Source of the DNA: an uncultured virus (IMG/VR IMGVR_UViG_3300032320_002770) | Lineage: Duplodnaviria; Heunggongvirae; Uroviricota; Caudoviricetes | Direction: 5' to 3' (one strand) | Virus record (IMG/VR): IMGVR_UViG_3300032320_002770 | DNA length: 64,000 nt | Shown: piece by piece, positions 29,550-39,686 of the stretch | How the letters are laid out: each line of letters opens with the position of its first letter | How positions within the stretch are numbered: position 1 is the stretch's first letter | The notes under the pieces: generated by a model | Database searches by the model: none | Told to the model about the DNA's origin: nothing | The model's input: only the letters and a program-made list of their open reading frames with translations | Program-made: the position numbers and the translations under genes

Positions 29550-31270
29550 CAGGTTAGAGGAGCACTCGTTCCATTTGCAGGAGCAAAAGTACCATTACAT
29601 ACGCCACCCACAATAGGACTTGATGATGCTGTACATCCTTGAGATGTTGAACATCTTGTTCCACCTTGATATTTTATAACAACGCCTATAGTTTTATACG
29701 TCGCCCCAAGATTTTTACAACTAGCCCCACTAAAACATTGAGTTTTTGCACAGTTTTTAGGATTACACTCATCAGCTACAGCTTGATATGAGCCCCCGCC
29801 GCATTGTGCGCATCCTCCACTGGCAGTATTAATCCTAGCCATTTCATTAATAAGATTACTAGCGTCTTTACAGCAATTTGCTACTCCGCAGCAAGATATA
29901 GATGGAGATGCAGATGGAGATGGACTAGGCGTGCTCCATTCAGCGCAATAACAAGTAATTCCTTGTCCTGGACATTTTGAATGAGGCCTTGGATTACAAC
30001 TGCATCCAATTTGACCCCTACAATAAACGCTACAGTCATCAGCGTTATTTAAACAATAAGTACCAGAATCCGTACAATTACATGATGGAGATGGAGATGG
30101 AGATGGGGTACCTGATGGTGATGGAGTGCTACTTGGAGTAGTAGGACAATAACACTGTTCAGGATTACCAGGACAGTCTGGATGTACTTTGTCAGTTAAT
30201 TGACAAGTAGTGTTTGAAGGGCAATCTAGTGGATCGATAAAACAACCACTATCCTTGCATATACTTTTGCCTTTTTTACATTCTTTACATCCAGTTAAGG
30301 TTATTTTTGTTCCATCTGAACATACCACTGGAAGCCCACTAAGGTCTTTGCAATTGGCGCACCACTCGGTTCCTGATGGAACGCATGCGTTAGGATCGCA
30401 AGTTTTACCCTCACTTTGACAGGTTGGGCAAGTTCGAGAAGGAGATGGAGACGCAGACCCAGATGGAGACGGAGATGGAGATCGAGTTGCAGTTGGGGTA
30501 TTTACAGGAACCATATTTGCACAACCACCATTTGGTTGACCACCTGTACAATAACAAGTTTCTGACTCGCATTTCCAAAGTTTTCTTTCCCACGGAGGCC
30601 AATTTCTTAGTTCAGCGTCACATTGAGGCTTAGTATACAGCGCACATTTACATGGACAAGTTTTTGTTGGAGTTGGAGATGGAGACGGAGATGGAGATGG
30701 AGATGGAGATGGAGAGTTAGTGGAACTTGGAGTTGGGGTTTCGCATTCTGGACAACCATACTGGTCTCCGCATCTGTCTGTACAATACCATATTCCTCCA
30801 TTCCACTTGCATCCTTCATCGTCTGGACAGCAATCTCCACATGTTGGGGTTGGACTATCTGATGGACTATCTGATGGACTATCTGATGGAGACGGAGATG
30901 GAGACGGAGATGGAGATCGAGACGGAGATGAAGATGGAGGTGGACTACCCGAACCTGATGTAGATGGAGATGGAGATGGACTATTAGGGCATCTATGACA
31001 ATTGTCATTTGGGTAACAATCCTCACCAACACCGTTACATGTTTGTGGGGTCGCTCCGTCTGGACATGTTGCTGTACTAGAGCTTCCATCGTTGCATCCA
31101 CTAATGGAGCAAGGACATATACTTTTTGTTGAAGATTCAGATGGAGATGGACTGCCTGATGGAGATGAACTACCTGATGAAGATGGAGTATCTGTTGGGG
31201 CTGCGTCTTCTGTATATTCTAATATTTCAGATATTAATTTTAATATTTCTTCTTTAGAGTTAGAGCCCAT
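29546..31270 (-). CDS. Cys-rich protein with (Ser-Pro)n / Thr-Pro linkers
   Basis: Alternating SPSPSP tracts and Cys-dense modules; no signal peptide. Confidence 0.8.
   Translation of the reverse strand: MGSNSKEEILKLISEILEYTEDAAPTDTPSSSGSSSPSGSPSPSESSTKSICPCSISGCNDGSSSTATCPDGATPQTCNGVGEDCYPNDNCHRCPNSPSPSPSTSGSGSPPPSSSPSRSPSPSPSPSPSDSPSDSPSDSPTPTCGDCCPDDEGCKWNGGIWYCTDRCGDQYGCPECETPTPSSTNSPSPSPSPSPSPSPTPTKTCPCKCALYTKPQCDAELRNWPPWERKLWKCESETCYCTGGQPNGGCANMVPVNTPTATRSPSPSPSGSASPSPSRTCPTCQSEGKTCDPNACVPSGTEWCANCKDLSGLPVVCSDGTKITLTGCKECKKGKSICKDSGCFIDPLDCPSNTTCQLTDKVHPDCPGNPEQCYCPTTPSSTPSPSGTPSPSPSPSCNCTDSGTYCLNNADDCSVYCRGQIGCSCNPRPHSKCPGQGITCYCAEWSTPSPSPSASPSISCCGVANCCKDASNLINEMARINTASGGCAQCGGGSYQAVADECNPKNCAKTQCFSGASCKNLGATYKTIGVVIKYQGGTRCSTSQGCTASSSPIVGGVCNGTFAPANGTSAPLTC
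30851..30890. repeat. 12-bp tandem repeat TGGACTATCTGA x3 within GGAGAT/GGAGAC hexamer tracts encoding Ser-Pro
   Basis: Read directly. Confidence 0.85.
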
Positions 31271-31338
31271 AAATTATAATCTTATCAAGATTACACTTGA
31301 TTTAGATTATAGAATCTAATAATAATTTATTATTATAT

Positions 31339-31752
31339 TTATACTAATTTTAATAAAGATTTTAATTGATTCAAAGAACCTAGAATTTGATCTCTTATAT
31401 TTAATAAATCTGAATCTTTGAGTTTATCTAGCATATCATTTAATGTAATTAATTCAGTTTTAAGTTCTTGTACTGACCCACAATTTGGTTTGCCACAAGA
31501 AGCCGTATTCTCTTTAGTTTTAACTTCTGGAGCTTCTATTGGTATTATTTCTTGTGGTTTATTCATGTTTTTGATATCTTCTGTAAAATCTATTTCAACC
31601 TCTGCTTTAGCTTTCTTCTTAGGGTTACGATAAGTATTTAAGCAAATAGCTACCTTTTGATTTTGAGGACGTTCTTCGTCTTTTAATTTATGCATACAAC
31701 GACCCATGTAATCGTTTTGTGATTCGTTATCTTTTTTTTGAGGTATTGGCAT
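31339..31752 (-). CDS. Hypothetical phage protein (MPIP...YMGRCM...VAICLN N-terminal module)
   Basis: ORF preceded by GTGTAA at 8 nt. Confidence 0.65.
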   Translation of the reverse strand: MPIPQKKDNESQNDYMGRCMHKLKDEERPQNQKVAICLNTYRNPKKKAKAEVEIDFTEDIKNMNKPQEIIPIEAPEVKTKENTASCGKPNCGSVQELKTELITLNDMLDKLKDSDLLNIRDQILGSLNQLKSLLKLV

Positions 31753-31782
31753 ATATATCATTACACATAAAATTAATAATAA

Positions 31783-34464
31783 TTAAGTTCCAGTAGTTCC
31801 AGCAATAAATGTTGCTAATCCTTTTGATCGAAGTTTTAGTGTTGTATAAAAAGCTATATCATTTACAGATGGTTTTCTCATATGGGGCATTGTTGTAAGT
31901 GAGTAACTACCAACAACTGGCTGTGAATGTGAATAACGAACAAATCTAAAAGTAGTTGGATCAATTACCGTAATAGCTGACGTAACACTCTTTGTATTAA
32001 AATTATTATTCAAATCAGTAATACTTGTTGCATCCGTTCCAACAGCGCCATAAACATGAATAAAATCATTTGTAGTAAATCCATGATTGACGCTTGTTGT
32101 TATTGTTTGTTGAATGCCTTGCTGAGGAGCAGTCGCATTACTATTTGTAAGTCTACCCTGATTGAATACTTGATTTAAAACATTAACTGTTCCGCTATTA
32201 GTTGTTGCTCCAGCTGATCCATCTACAGGAATTGTAAATGAGGTTGGACTTGTTGCAGTAGCAGTCCAAGATCCATTTAATGCTGCATTTGAACAACCTT
32301 CTATTACAACAGTAAATACTGCTCCAGCTCCACCATGACCCGTCGAACATGCAATGACCGCTGGATTTGCAGCTGATGTAGACGCAATAGATATACTTTG
32401 TGGTGTGTGCAGATAATCTACACTTGCTGCAGTTAATCCTGTATATAGAGATGGAGAATTTATCCAACGTTTTTTTGTTGTATCATACCATATATCCCAT
32501 CCATTTTGCGTGCATGAATATTTCGGAAAACCATTTGTTGTGCCATTACGATTGTAAATTCCTGTATTAAAACTTGGTACAAGTGTTCCATTCTCACTAT
32601 TTCTCAATTGAGAATTACTAATAAACATATGAGAATCGTGTGCTGCGCCTACTATAGTTGCTGCAGATATTGGGGTGCTTCCTGTGAATTGTGGACAAGA
32701 AGCTGTGAGCCTCATAGTTCCTGTACCCGCAATACCATTTAAATCTGTTGGTACAGGTACTGTAAGAGTAGTTAGTCCAGTTGAAGTAGCAGTCCACACG
32801 CCATTGTATCTTAACGCAGTGTCTGTGCATCCAGAAATTACAACTTGTGTGCCAGTTGTTATGCCGTGGTTTGTTGCAGTTGTAATTGTAGCAACTCCCG
32901 CTGATGTACTAATAGAGTTGATAGTAAGTAAGTTAGTTGGTCCAATGCCTATAGTTCGATTAGCGCCATAGGTAATTGTTCCATTTGTTCCATCTAGAGC
33001 ATCTAACCTTGATAAAATATTAGACAAGGACAACTCAGAGCAAGTCCAAGTTACAGTACCATCTACAACAGTATTTCCAATTGTCGTGGGCCAAGTAGGT
33101 TGTGAAGCGCCAGAAGTTCCTGCAGTTGTACAAATATATTTTCTTCCATTTTTAGTTATAGGTGTAACAGTAACTTCTTGTCTTTGGATTGTTGCTGTGC
33201 CTGTGGCAATCTGCGTGGTTGGAGTAATTGTATATGTGAATTGATCAGCAGTAATTCGGGTAACTGGAACAGCTGATACATTAAAATTGTGATTTGCTAC
33301 TATGGTTGCTGTAATGCCAGAAACTGTGATTATATCACCAGTTTGAAGTCCATGGTTTACAATATCTACAGTGCATGTTGTTCCTGTCGTAGTCGAAGAA
33401 AAAGCTGATGCAGGTGCTGTGAATGATCTATATGATGGATAATATGTGCTTGCTGACCATGCATTGTGTCTATCAAGACTTACGTCTCCACTATTAAAAT
33501 TTCCATTTATATGTTTCAAAGTTGAACCTATTAAAAGAGTAGTGAAAGAATTCATTGCACTAAAGTTATTATAAATCGTAAAGTTCCCTGCAACATTAGC
33601 TAGAACAGGCAACGTAATGGTGGTAATACTATTACTGCTGGTAGAGCAAAGTGTAACTGTCCCTCCAATATTAGCTAGAGAAGAAAAGTTAACAGCTGTA
33701 AGAGCTGGCGAGGTGCCTGAAAGTGGTGCAAAATTACCAAGCGTAGAAGCTAAAGCAGGAAAGCTTATAGTAGTAACAGAATTAGCGGAACCTTGTGTCA
33801 CGAGAAAATTTCCACCAATAGAAGCTAGAACAGGAAATTGAATTGTATTAATAAGGTTTAAGCTAGCGGCAGTAGTGAGAAATGTGAAAGCCCCACCAAC
33901 AGAAACTAAAGCAGGAAAGCTAATAGTGCTTAGAGAGTTTGCGCTAAAAGTACTGCCAGCAAATGTGAAAACCCCACCAACAGAAACTAAAGCAGGAAAG
34001 CTAAGACTGGTTAGAGAGTTTATGCTAGTACTCGCAGCTGATAAAAAAGACGAGCCAATAGAGGCTAGATTAGGAAAGCTAACGCTGGTTAGAGAATTCA
34101 TAGAACCATTAAAAGGGGAGAAAGTTAAACCAACAGAAGTTAGAACAGGAAAGCTAAGATTAGTTAACTTACTTAAATTACTTATAGTAAAAGAATCTCT
34201 AACTCCTACTATATTTGTAGAAGATAAAGATGTAAGGTTATCTAAGTTTAAGTTATTATTCCCAGCAATAACAAGACTTGTGATCCATTTTCCATATCTA
34301 AGAGCTGCTGCTTGAGAACCAGATGCACCCAATAAAGCGTCTCTTAATGGATTAGTTGTAAAAATAGGAATACGAGGTGTTGGTAAAGTACCAGCATATG
34401 AAAGATCAAAAGATTCTGTTGCTGAATTTGATCTTGCGTCTGTTAAATTTCTTAAACTTCCCAT
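31783..34464 (-). CDS. Putative tail fibre / receptor-binding protein with LRR-like solenoid and Thr-rich beta modules
   Basis: Repeats of sl.slSFPaLvSvGg.F; repeated T..HG..tGD.i.isG modules; YICTTAGTSG..QP.WP...G.TV.DGTVTW module. Confidence 0.7.
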   Translation of the reverse strand: MGSLRNLTDARSNSATESFDLSYAGTLPTPRIPIFTTNPLRDALLGASGSQAAALRYGKWITSLVIAGNNNLNLDNLTSLSSTNIVGVRDSFTISNLSKLTNLSFPVLTSVGLTFSPFNGSMNSLTSVSFPNLASIGSSFLSAASTSINSLTSLSFPALVSVGGVFTFAGSTFSANSLSTISFPALVSVGGAFTFLTTAASLNLINTIQFPVLASIGGNFLVTQGSANSVTTISFPALASTLGNFAPLSGTSPALTAVNFSSLANIGGTVTLCSTSSNSITTITLPVLANVAGNFTIYNNFSAMNSFTTLLIGSTLKHINGNFNSGDVSLDRHNAWSASTYYPSYRSFTAPASAFSSTTTGTTCTVDIVNHGLQTGDIITVSGITATIVANHNFNVSAVPVTRITADQFTYTITPTTQIATGTATIQRQEVTVTPITKNGRKYICTTAGTSGASQPTWPTTIGNTVVDGTVTWTCSELSLSNILSRLDALDGTNGTITYGANRTIGIGPTNLLTINSISTSAGVATITTATNHGITTGTQVVISGCTDTALRYNGVWTATSTGLTTLTVPVPTDLNGIAGTGTMRLTASCPQFTGSTPISAATIVGAAHDSHMFISNSQLRNSENGTLVPSFNTGIYNRNGTTNGFPKYSCTQNGWDIWYDTTKKRWINSPSLYTGLTAASVDYLHTPQSISIASTSAANPAVIACSTGHGGAGAVFTVVIEGCSNAALNGSWTATATSPTSFTIPVDGSAGATTNSGTVNVLNQVFNQGRLTNSNATAPQQGIQQTITTSVNHGFTTNDFIHVYGAVGTDATSITDLNNNFNTKSVTSAITVIDPTTFRFVRYSHSQPVVGSYSLTTMPHMRKPSVNDIAFYTTLKLRSKGLATFIAGTTGT
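33780..34160. repeat. Imperfect ~75-81 bp coding tandem repeats (LRR-like units)
   Basis: AATGTGAAA.CCCCACCAACAGAAACTAAAGCAGGAAAGCTAA occurs twice 81 bp apart; further degenerate copies of CAGGAAAGCT. Confidence 0.8.
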
Positions 34465-34473
34465 ATATACCTT

Positions 34474-34935
34474 TTACACTATTCTCCATCCATAAACTCC
34501 ACCAACAAAAACACTTTTCATACTTAAACCTGCTACGTCTCCTGTAAATGGAGAATTGTCACCTTCTATATTATTTCCATTTCCACTTAAAATAAAATTA
34601 TTTCCACTCCAAGTATAAAATGGATCAGCAAATTCAAGATAATTCCCTGTTAATGGAGACGCAGGAAGATTAAATCCAAATGAAGCACTTCTTGTATCTG
34701 CAAGATATTTTGTTCCATTTACAATTGAAGTTTGGTTACCTGTTATACGAATATAATTAGCTGGCGCAATCAGAATATCATTTCCAGAGACTCTAATATT
34801 ACCAGAAACTATTATTCCTGTAGCGAAAGTTTTAACTCCACTAATAACCTCATTTCCAACTAAACCTACTGTTTTTAAAGTTTGCCTTATACCTGATAAT
34901 TGTAGATCTGTTGCTGTCGTTAGTTCTAGTGACAT
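34474..34935 (-). CDS. Tail-fibre-associated small protein
   Basis: GNEVISGVKTF and YLADT....F..LPASP..G..LEF.D...W..NN...GW motifs seen in phage fibre repeats. Confidence 0.6.
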   Translation of the reverse strand: MSLELTTATDLQLSGIRQTLKTVGLVGNEVISGVKTFATGIIVSGNIRVSGNDILIAPANYIRITGNQTSIVNGTKYLADTRSASFGFNLPASPLTGNYLEFADPFYTWSGNNFILSGNGNNIEGDNSPFTGDVAGLSMKSVFVGGVYGWRIV

Positions 34936-35025
34936 ATTATAGATTAATTACACCTATTATTCAGGTAATTTAATTTGTTTTTATTTCCACTTATTGACTT
35001 ACACAAACCCTGTGTAATAGTTTAT

Positions 35026-35898
35026 ATGCTCAATACTGTAATTCTTTTAGGCTCAAAAGGATATATAGGAGAGACGTTCCAAAAATATCTTAATAAGAAT
35101 CAAATAAATTTTGTACCTATAAGCAGAGAAATTTGCGATCTTCTTGATAAAGAAAAATTATTTAATTTGGTAAAACAATTAAAACCAAGTCTTGTAATAA
35201 ATTGTGCAGGTTATACAGGATATCCAAATGTAGATGGGTGCGAACTAAATAAAAAAGAATGCATGGATAAGAATTATGAAATACCAAAAAATATATCTTT
35301 TATATGCAATGATTTAAACATAAAATGGATACACGTATCGAGCGGTTGCATTTATAATGGAGACAATAACGGGAAAGGGTTTACCGAAGAAGACGAGCCT
35401 AATTTTTCATTTGATTCTTTGCCTTGCTCTTATTATAGTGGAGTAAAAGCTGAAGCAGAAAAACTATTGAAAAATGATAAAAATGTTTATACATGTAGAT
35501 TAAGAATACCATTTAACCATATACCTTATAGAAAAAATTATATAACTAAATTATTAAATTATGACCGAGCTTTAAATGCAGTCAATTCTTTGTCTCATAC
35601 AGATGAATTTGTTGAAGGATGTTTTTATCTATTTAAAAATAATTGCTCACCAGGAATTTATAATTTAACAAATACTGGTTCAGTAAAGACAGAATTTGTT
35701 GCTAAACTAATTAATAAATATATATCAAATAAAAACTTTATCTTTTTTGAAGACGACAAGGAATTTTATTCAACTGCTGCAAAAGCCCCAAGATCAAATT
35801 GCATTCTAGATAATACAAAGCTATTAAAAACAGGATATAAGATAAGACATATTGAAGAAGCTATAAAAGACAGCGTTAAGAATTATACTCTAGGATAA
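35026..35898 (+). CDS. RmlD-like NDP-4-keto-6-deoxysugar reductase (NRS/ER-like)
   Basis: GSKGYIG, INCAGYTG.PNVD.CE, SSGCIY, YSGVK, LRIP; start reassigned to MLNTV. Confidence 0.85.
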   Translation: MLNTVILLGSKGYIGETFQKYLNKNQINFVPISREICDLLDKEKLFNLVKQLKPSLVINCAGYTGYPNVDGCELNKKECMDKNYEIPKNISFICNDLNIKWIHVSSGCIYNGDNNGKGFTEEDEPNFSFDSLPCSYYSGVKAEAEKLLKNDKNVYTCRLRIPFNHIPYRKNYITKLLNYDRALNAVNSLSHTDEFVEGCFYLFKNNCSPGIYNLTNTGSVKTEFVAKLINKYISNKNFIFFEDDKEFYSTAAKAPRSNCILDNTKLLKTGYKIRHIEEAIKDSVKNYTLG

Positions 35899-36088
35899 CT
35901 TTATTTATTTTTTCTATAAGATTTTCATTTAAAATTAAATTACCGTCTTGGTCTTTGACTGTCATGAGTTGCCCTGAAGATGGATAGCCATGAAAACTAG
36001 ATGGTTTAATAACTGAATATTTTTTATTTAAATCTTCTATTTGATAAGAAATATATGCAAATTTAATTTCCTTGTTAATTATATTCAC
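35876..36088 (-). CDS. Small hypothetical protein
   Basis: 70-aa ORF coupled to the upstream GT2 gene. Confidence 0.45.
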   Translation of the reverse strand: MNIINKEIKFAYISYQIEDLNKKYSVIKPSSFHGYPSSGQLMTVKDQDGNLILNENLIEKINKVILEYNS

Positions 36089-36921
36089 GACTTATTTACA
36101 CAGTTAAAATTTAAATTTTTAAAATTTTTATCTACTTTGGCTGTTCTGGATTGTAATTTTCTATCAGCATCATGATATTTTTTAATATTTAAAAATTCTG
36201 AAATGAGTATATAAGTATTAGAATCTTTTTCTCCTATCGTTTTTTTTAGTAAATACAAATATTTTTCATCTAAAAAAGATAATTTTACATCGTGACCAAA
36301 AGTATTTATTGACCTTTTACCACGCAATCCTTTTATACCTATACTCCACGGAGATTTTGTTAAAAATACAGTCTTATTGCATTGCTTTAACTCTCCCCAA
36401 ATATGCATATCAAAATATATATGATTATCATATTTGATTAGTAAATCATTTATTTGTGGTATTAAATCTTTGGTAAAAGCAGTTTGAAATAAACTCGCAT
36501 AATTTGTATTATTAAAATAATAGTAAGTATAATTTGTAATATTATAATATAAGCATATACCTTCTCCTGCTATAATAGAAGAACTACCAATAGGTTTACC
36601 TTCACTTAAGGCTTCAATTTTTTTTACCATATTTTCGATATAATTTGGACTATACCAATCATCATCTTCTATAATCAAGATAATATCACCAGTTACTATC
36701 TTTAGAGCTTCTAATAAATTTTTCTCTAAAGTCATTTGACCGCTTTCCCAAAATGGTTCTCGTCTGATTACTTTTTGACCCATTGTGCATTTAGTTGGAA
36801 TTTTATAATCATCAACGACTATCCATTCATCTGGTTTTAATGTTTGCTTTTTCATCCATGATTCACATAATTTAAATGCTAGATCTCTACCTCCTGTTAG
36901 TGTAATAATGCTAATTTTCAT
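36085..36921 (-). CDS. GT2 glycosyltransferase
   Basis: KISIIT, EWIVVDD, IEDDDWY. Confidence 0.8.
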   Translation of the reverse strand: MKISIITLTGGRDLAFKLCESWMKKQTLKPDEWIVVDDYKIPTKCTMGQKVIRREPFWESGQMTLEKNLLEALKIVTGDIILIIEDDDWYSPNYIENMVKKIEALSEGKPIGSSSIIAGEGICLYYNITNYTYYYFNNTNYASLFQTAFTKDLIPQINDLLIKYDNHIYFDMHIWGELKQCNKTVFLTKSPWSIGIKGLRGKRSINTFGHDVKLSFLDEKYLYLLKKTIGEKDSNTYILISEFLNIKKYHDADRKLQSRTAKVDKNFKNLNFNCVNKS

Positions 36922-38000
36922 AAATTTAAATTTTGACGAGCTTTCAAAGTGGATTCAAGGTATTGTTTGCCCCATTGATTGCATGGCTCTAAAACTGCGC
37001 CTTCACCCCATTCATTCCAAGCGTTAATAAAAATTAATTGTTCTTCTTTTTCAAAATTATATAAAGTATATTTAATTGCTGATTCCAGCCATTTTTGATA
37101 AAAAAATGGAGAACCGCCATATAATATTGTAGGATTTAAAGCTGGTATTGTCATATTTACTAGATCTTCATTATGTTTTAATCTTCTTGGGGTATTGTCG
37201 AAACTAGTTAAAACTCCTCTAAATAACTTAAACTTGGGGTCATTAAAAACCATTTTAAACCAATTATTATAAAAACGAATATTACCATTTTCACTTCTAG
37301 GTAAAGAGTAGTATGCCGAGGATAATCCACATGGTGGAAATTGATAAGATGCGTCAAAATTAATATCTATTGGATTTGTTTTTTCATCAAAACTATTAGA
37401 ACGAATTAAATATATATCTGTATTAAAATTTTTTAACATATAATTTCGCCAAATTTCTACTGTTTTTTTTATATTGCTCCATAGCTCTGTTCTATAAATA
37501 AGAATCACTGGCTTATTATTGATTTTTACATATCTAGTGTCCATTAGCGTTTGGCTTATTTCTTTTATAAAATTTAAATCATCTTCAAAGTTATGCTCTT
37601 GTTTTATCAAGACATCTTTATCTTTACCATCCCAAGATCCATCCCAACTTCTCGTCCAGTTTTCGTTTGCCCAACAAATTAGAAATGGCATATCTAAACT
37701 CTTGTCTTGAATATGGCGATTTAAAGGCATTTCAAGAGCCCTTTGCCCGTTAAATCGATAATAATAATAACACCATGCATCTATACCGTATTGTTTTGCT
37801 AAATTAGCTTGTTGATGTCTTACTTCATTATTTTCTAAATTATAATATCCTAACTCCGTGGGTACTCTTGGTTGATGATGTCCATAATATAATGGGACAC
37901 TTCGTTTAACATTTGTCCATTCTGTAAATCCTTTGCCCCAATTTTTATTATTTATTTCATTTTCATAAAATTGTGGTAAATAAAATGTAATTAATCTCAC
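36918..38000 (-). CDS. WbsX-family (GH99-like) glycosyltransferase, copy 1
   Basis: FYLPQF, WGKGFTEW, CWANENW, FINAWNEWGEG..LEP. Confidence 0.9.
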   Translation of the reverse strand: MRLITFYLPQFYENEINNKNWGKGFTEWTNVKRSVPLYYGHHQPRVPTELGYYNLENNEVRHQQANLAKQYGIDAWCYYYYRFNGQRALEMPLNRHIQDKSLDMPFLICWANENWTRSWDGSWDGKDKDVLIKQEHNFEDDLNFIKEISQTLMDTRYVKINNKPVILIYRTELWSNIKKTVEIWRNYMLKNFNTDIYLIRSNSFDEKTNPIDINFDASYQFPPCGLSSAYYSLPRSENGNIRFYNNWFKMVFNDPKFKLFRGVLTSFDNTPRRLKHNEDLVNMTIPALNPTILYGGSPFFYQKWLESAIKYTLYNFEKEEQLIFINAWNEWGEGAVLEPCNQWGKQYLESTLKARQNLNL

Positions 38001-38075
38001 TATTAATATTACATGAATTATAATAATAATAACAATAAATTTTATTAAAGGTAAATATATATAAATAGCATTATC

Positions 38076-39686
38076 TTAATATATGATATTACTTGGGTTA
38101 TCCGAAGTTTCTATCCAAAATTTTTTCATTTTATCTAAAAGTAAAGGGTTCTTTTTTAAATAATAATTTATTTTACTAAAATTTATCTTCATTTCATTAA
38201 ATTTTTCTTGGGGGTTGAAAATTAACGTGTTTTTAATAAATGGCATTCCAAGATCAACTAGCTTATCCCATGAATATATTGTTGGATTCAATTTATCTTC
38301 TGTATTAAATAATGATTTGTGTGAAAAATCCATTTTTAAAAGTATATGATAAAATTGTACTTCATACTTTAACACCATTCTAATTTTATCCTCGTCAGAT
38401 TTGATATTTTTAATAGGACAATTTTTCCAAAAAAATTGAAATGGTTCACTGTTTATTACTTTATTACTATAACTTATATAATAACTTTGACCATGATACC
38501 CAAATTGTTCACTTACAGTCATAGAAGTAATATCAAATTGAGAATTTAAAGTATTATAAATGATTTCGTCCATAGGAAATATTGGTCCATAAAGGCTATC
38601 ATTCATTAATAATAATGATTTAATATTTTTTAATTTTTCTCCTAAAAAATCTATACCCATTTTCCAACTACCAAAATCATAACCTATATTAGGTCTAATA
38701 ATAATTTTTGAAGTTAATTGCGATAATTCAAAATACAACGGATCTTCTTTTATTGATTCGTCTCCAGATACCACATAAATAATAGAATATTTCAATGAAA
38801 GGCTTTTAATTTGCTCGAGTACATCTGGTCTTATCCGAGATTTTTTATGATATCCAGCATATATACAAAAATGTTGTTTTTTTTCTATCATTTTAATTAA
38901 ATTTAAAAATACATTTTTATGTATATCAGGAATAGATTCAGGTTTTGCCGCGACAAAATATTCCCCACCATCAGTAGGACTTCTGTGTTCATATAAAAAC
39001 CAGTTTTTAATATCTACATCTCTAAAAAATTTATTATGGAATGCGTTTCCATCATTCTCATCAAATGAATTATTTTTATGTCTAAAATTATGTTTTTTTA
39101 TTCTTAAATTTAAATCTAATCTACGTAAATGTAGCATATGTAATCCTTCGCTAGGGTTACTCTTTTCATCTACTAAAGAATGAAATCCTAAATTATATTT
39201 AAGTGGAATTTTTGTAATCAATGTTTTATCATATCCAGGATCTTTAAACCAGTAGTCTCTCTGTAAAATAAAATGCTTAGATGGATCAAATTCTTTTTCA
39301 GTTTCAATTTGTTGAAATAATTCAAACGCTGTGCATGTTAAATATTGGTCTTCGCTTTTTATAAAAAGTTCAATTTTTTTATCTAAAGGCATATTAATAT
39401 CATATAGTAATTCATCTACTTCTGCGAATACTACAACTTCATAACGGTCTAATAATTTTTCTAGAATTTCCTCTACTGTATTTCTAAGCCATTCGTGATT
39501 AAAAATTTTATCATAATTAAGTTTTGTAATATTAACATCGAGATTATTTGTAGATCCATCTAATGATAAATGATCAAAAACAAATATATCTTCTGCATCA
39601 AAAAAATTTTTATAATGTTCTATCCAAATTGGTAAAAATATTTTTTCATTATTTACAATAGTAAAAATTGCTTTTTGTCTTTTCAT
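38076..39686 (-). CDS. GT2-like domain fused to rhamnan synthesis F (RgpF)-like domain
   Basis: FDHLSLDGST..AEVDE; RPNIGYDFGSW, LMNDSLYGP, HGQSY, MPFIK. Confidence 0.75.
   Translation of the reverse strand: MKRQKAIFTIVNNEKIFLPIWIEHYKNFFDAEDIFVFDHLSLDGSTNNLDVNITKLNYDKIFNHEWLRNTVEEILEKLLDRYEVVVFAEVDELLYDINMPLDKKIELFIKSEDQYLTCTAFELFQQIETEKEFDPSKHFILQRDYWFKDPGYDKTLITKIPLKYNLGFHSLVDEKSNPSEGLHMLHLRRLDLNLRIKKHNFRHKNNSFDENDGNAFHNKFFRDVDIKNWFLYEHRSPTDGGEYFVAAKPESIPDIHKNVFLNLIKMIEKKQHFCIYAGYHKKSRIRPDVLEQIKSLSLKYSIIYVVSGDESIKEDPLYFELSQLTSKIIIRPNIGYDFGSWKMGIDFLGEKLKNIKSLLLMNDSLYGPIFPMDEIIYNTLNSQFDITSMTVSEQFGYHGQSYYISYSNKVINSEPFQFFWKNCPIKNIKSDEDKIRMVLKYEVQFYHILLKMDFSHKSLFNTEDKLNPTIYSWDKLVDLGMPFIKNTLIFNPQEKFNEMKINFSKINYYLKKNPLLLDKMKKFWIETSDNPSNIIY

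Noticed and set aside
30210..31319. Several overlapping short ORFs (HLHL, MEME, DGDG, WRWR repeats)
   Set aside because: Alternative-frame shadows of the Ser-Pro hexamer repeats
33617..34315. Antisense ORFs over the fibre repeats (and similar ones at 44601-46163)
   Set aside because: Stop-poor antisense frames caused by the codon bias of the real genes; no start signals
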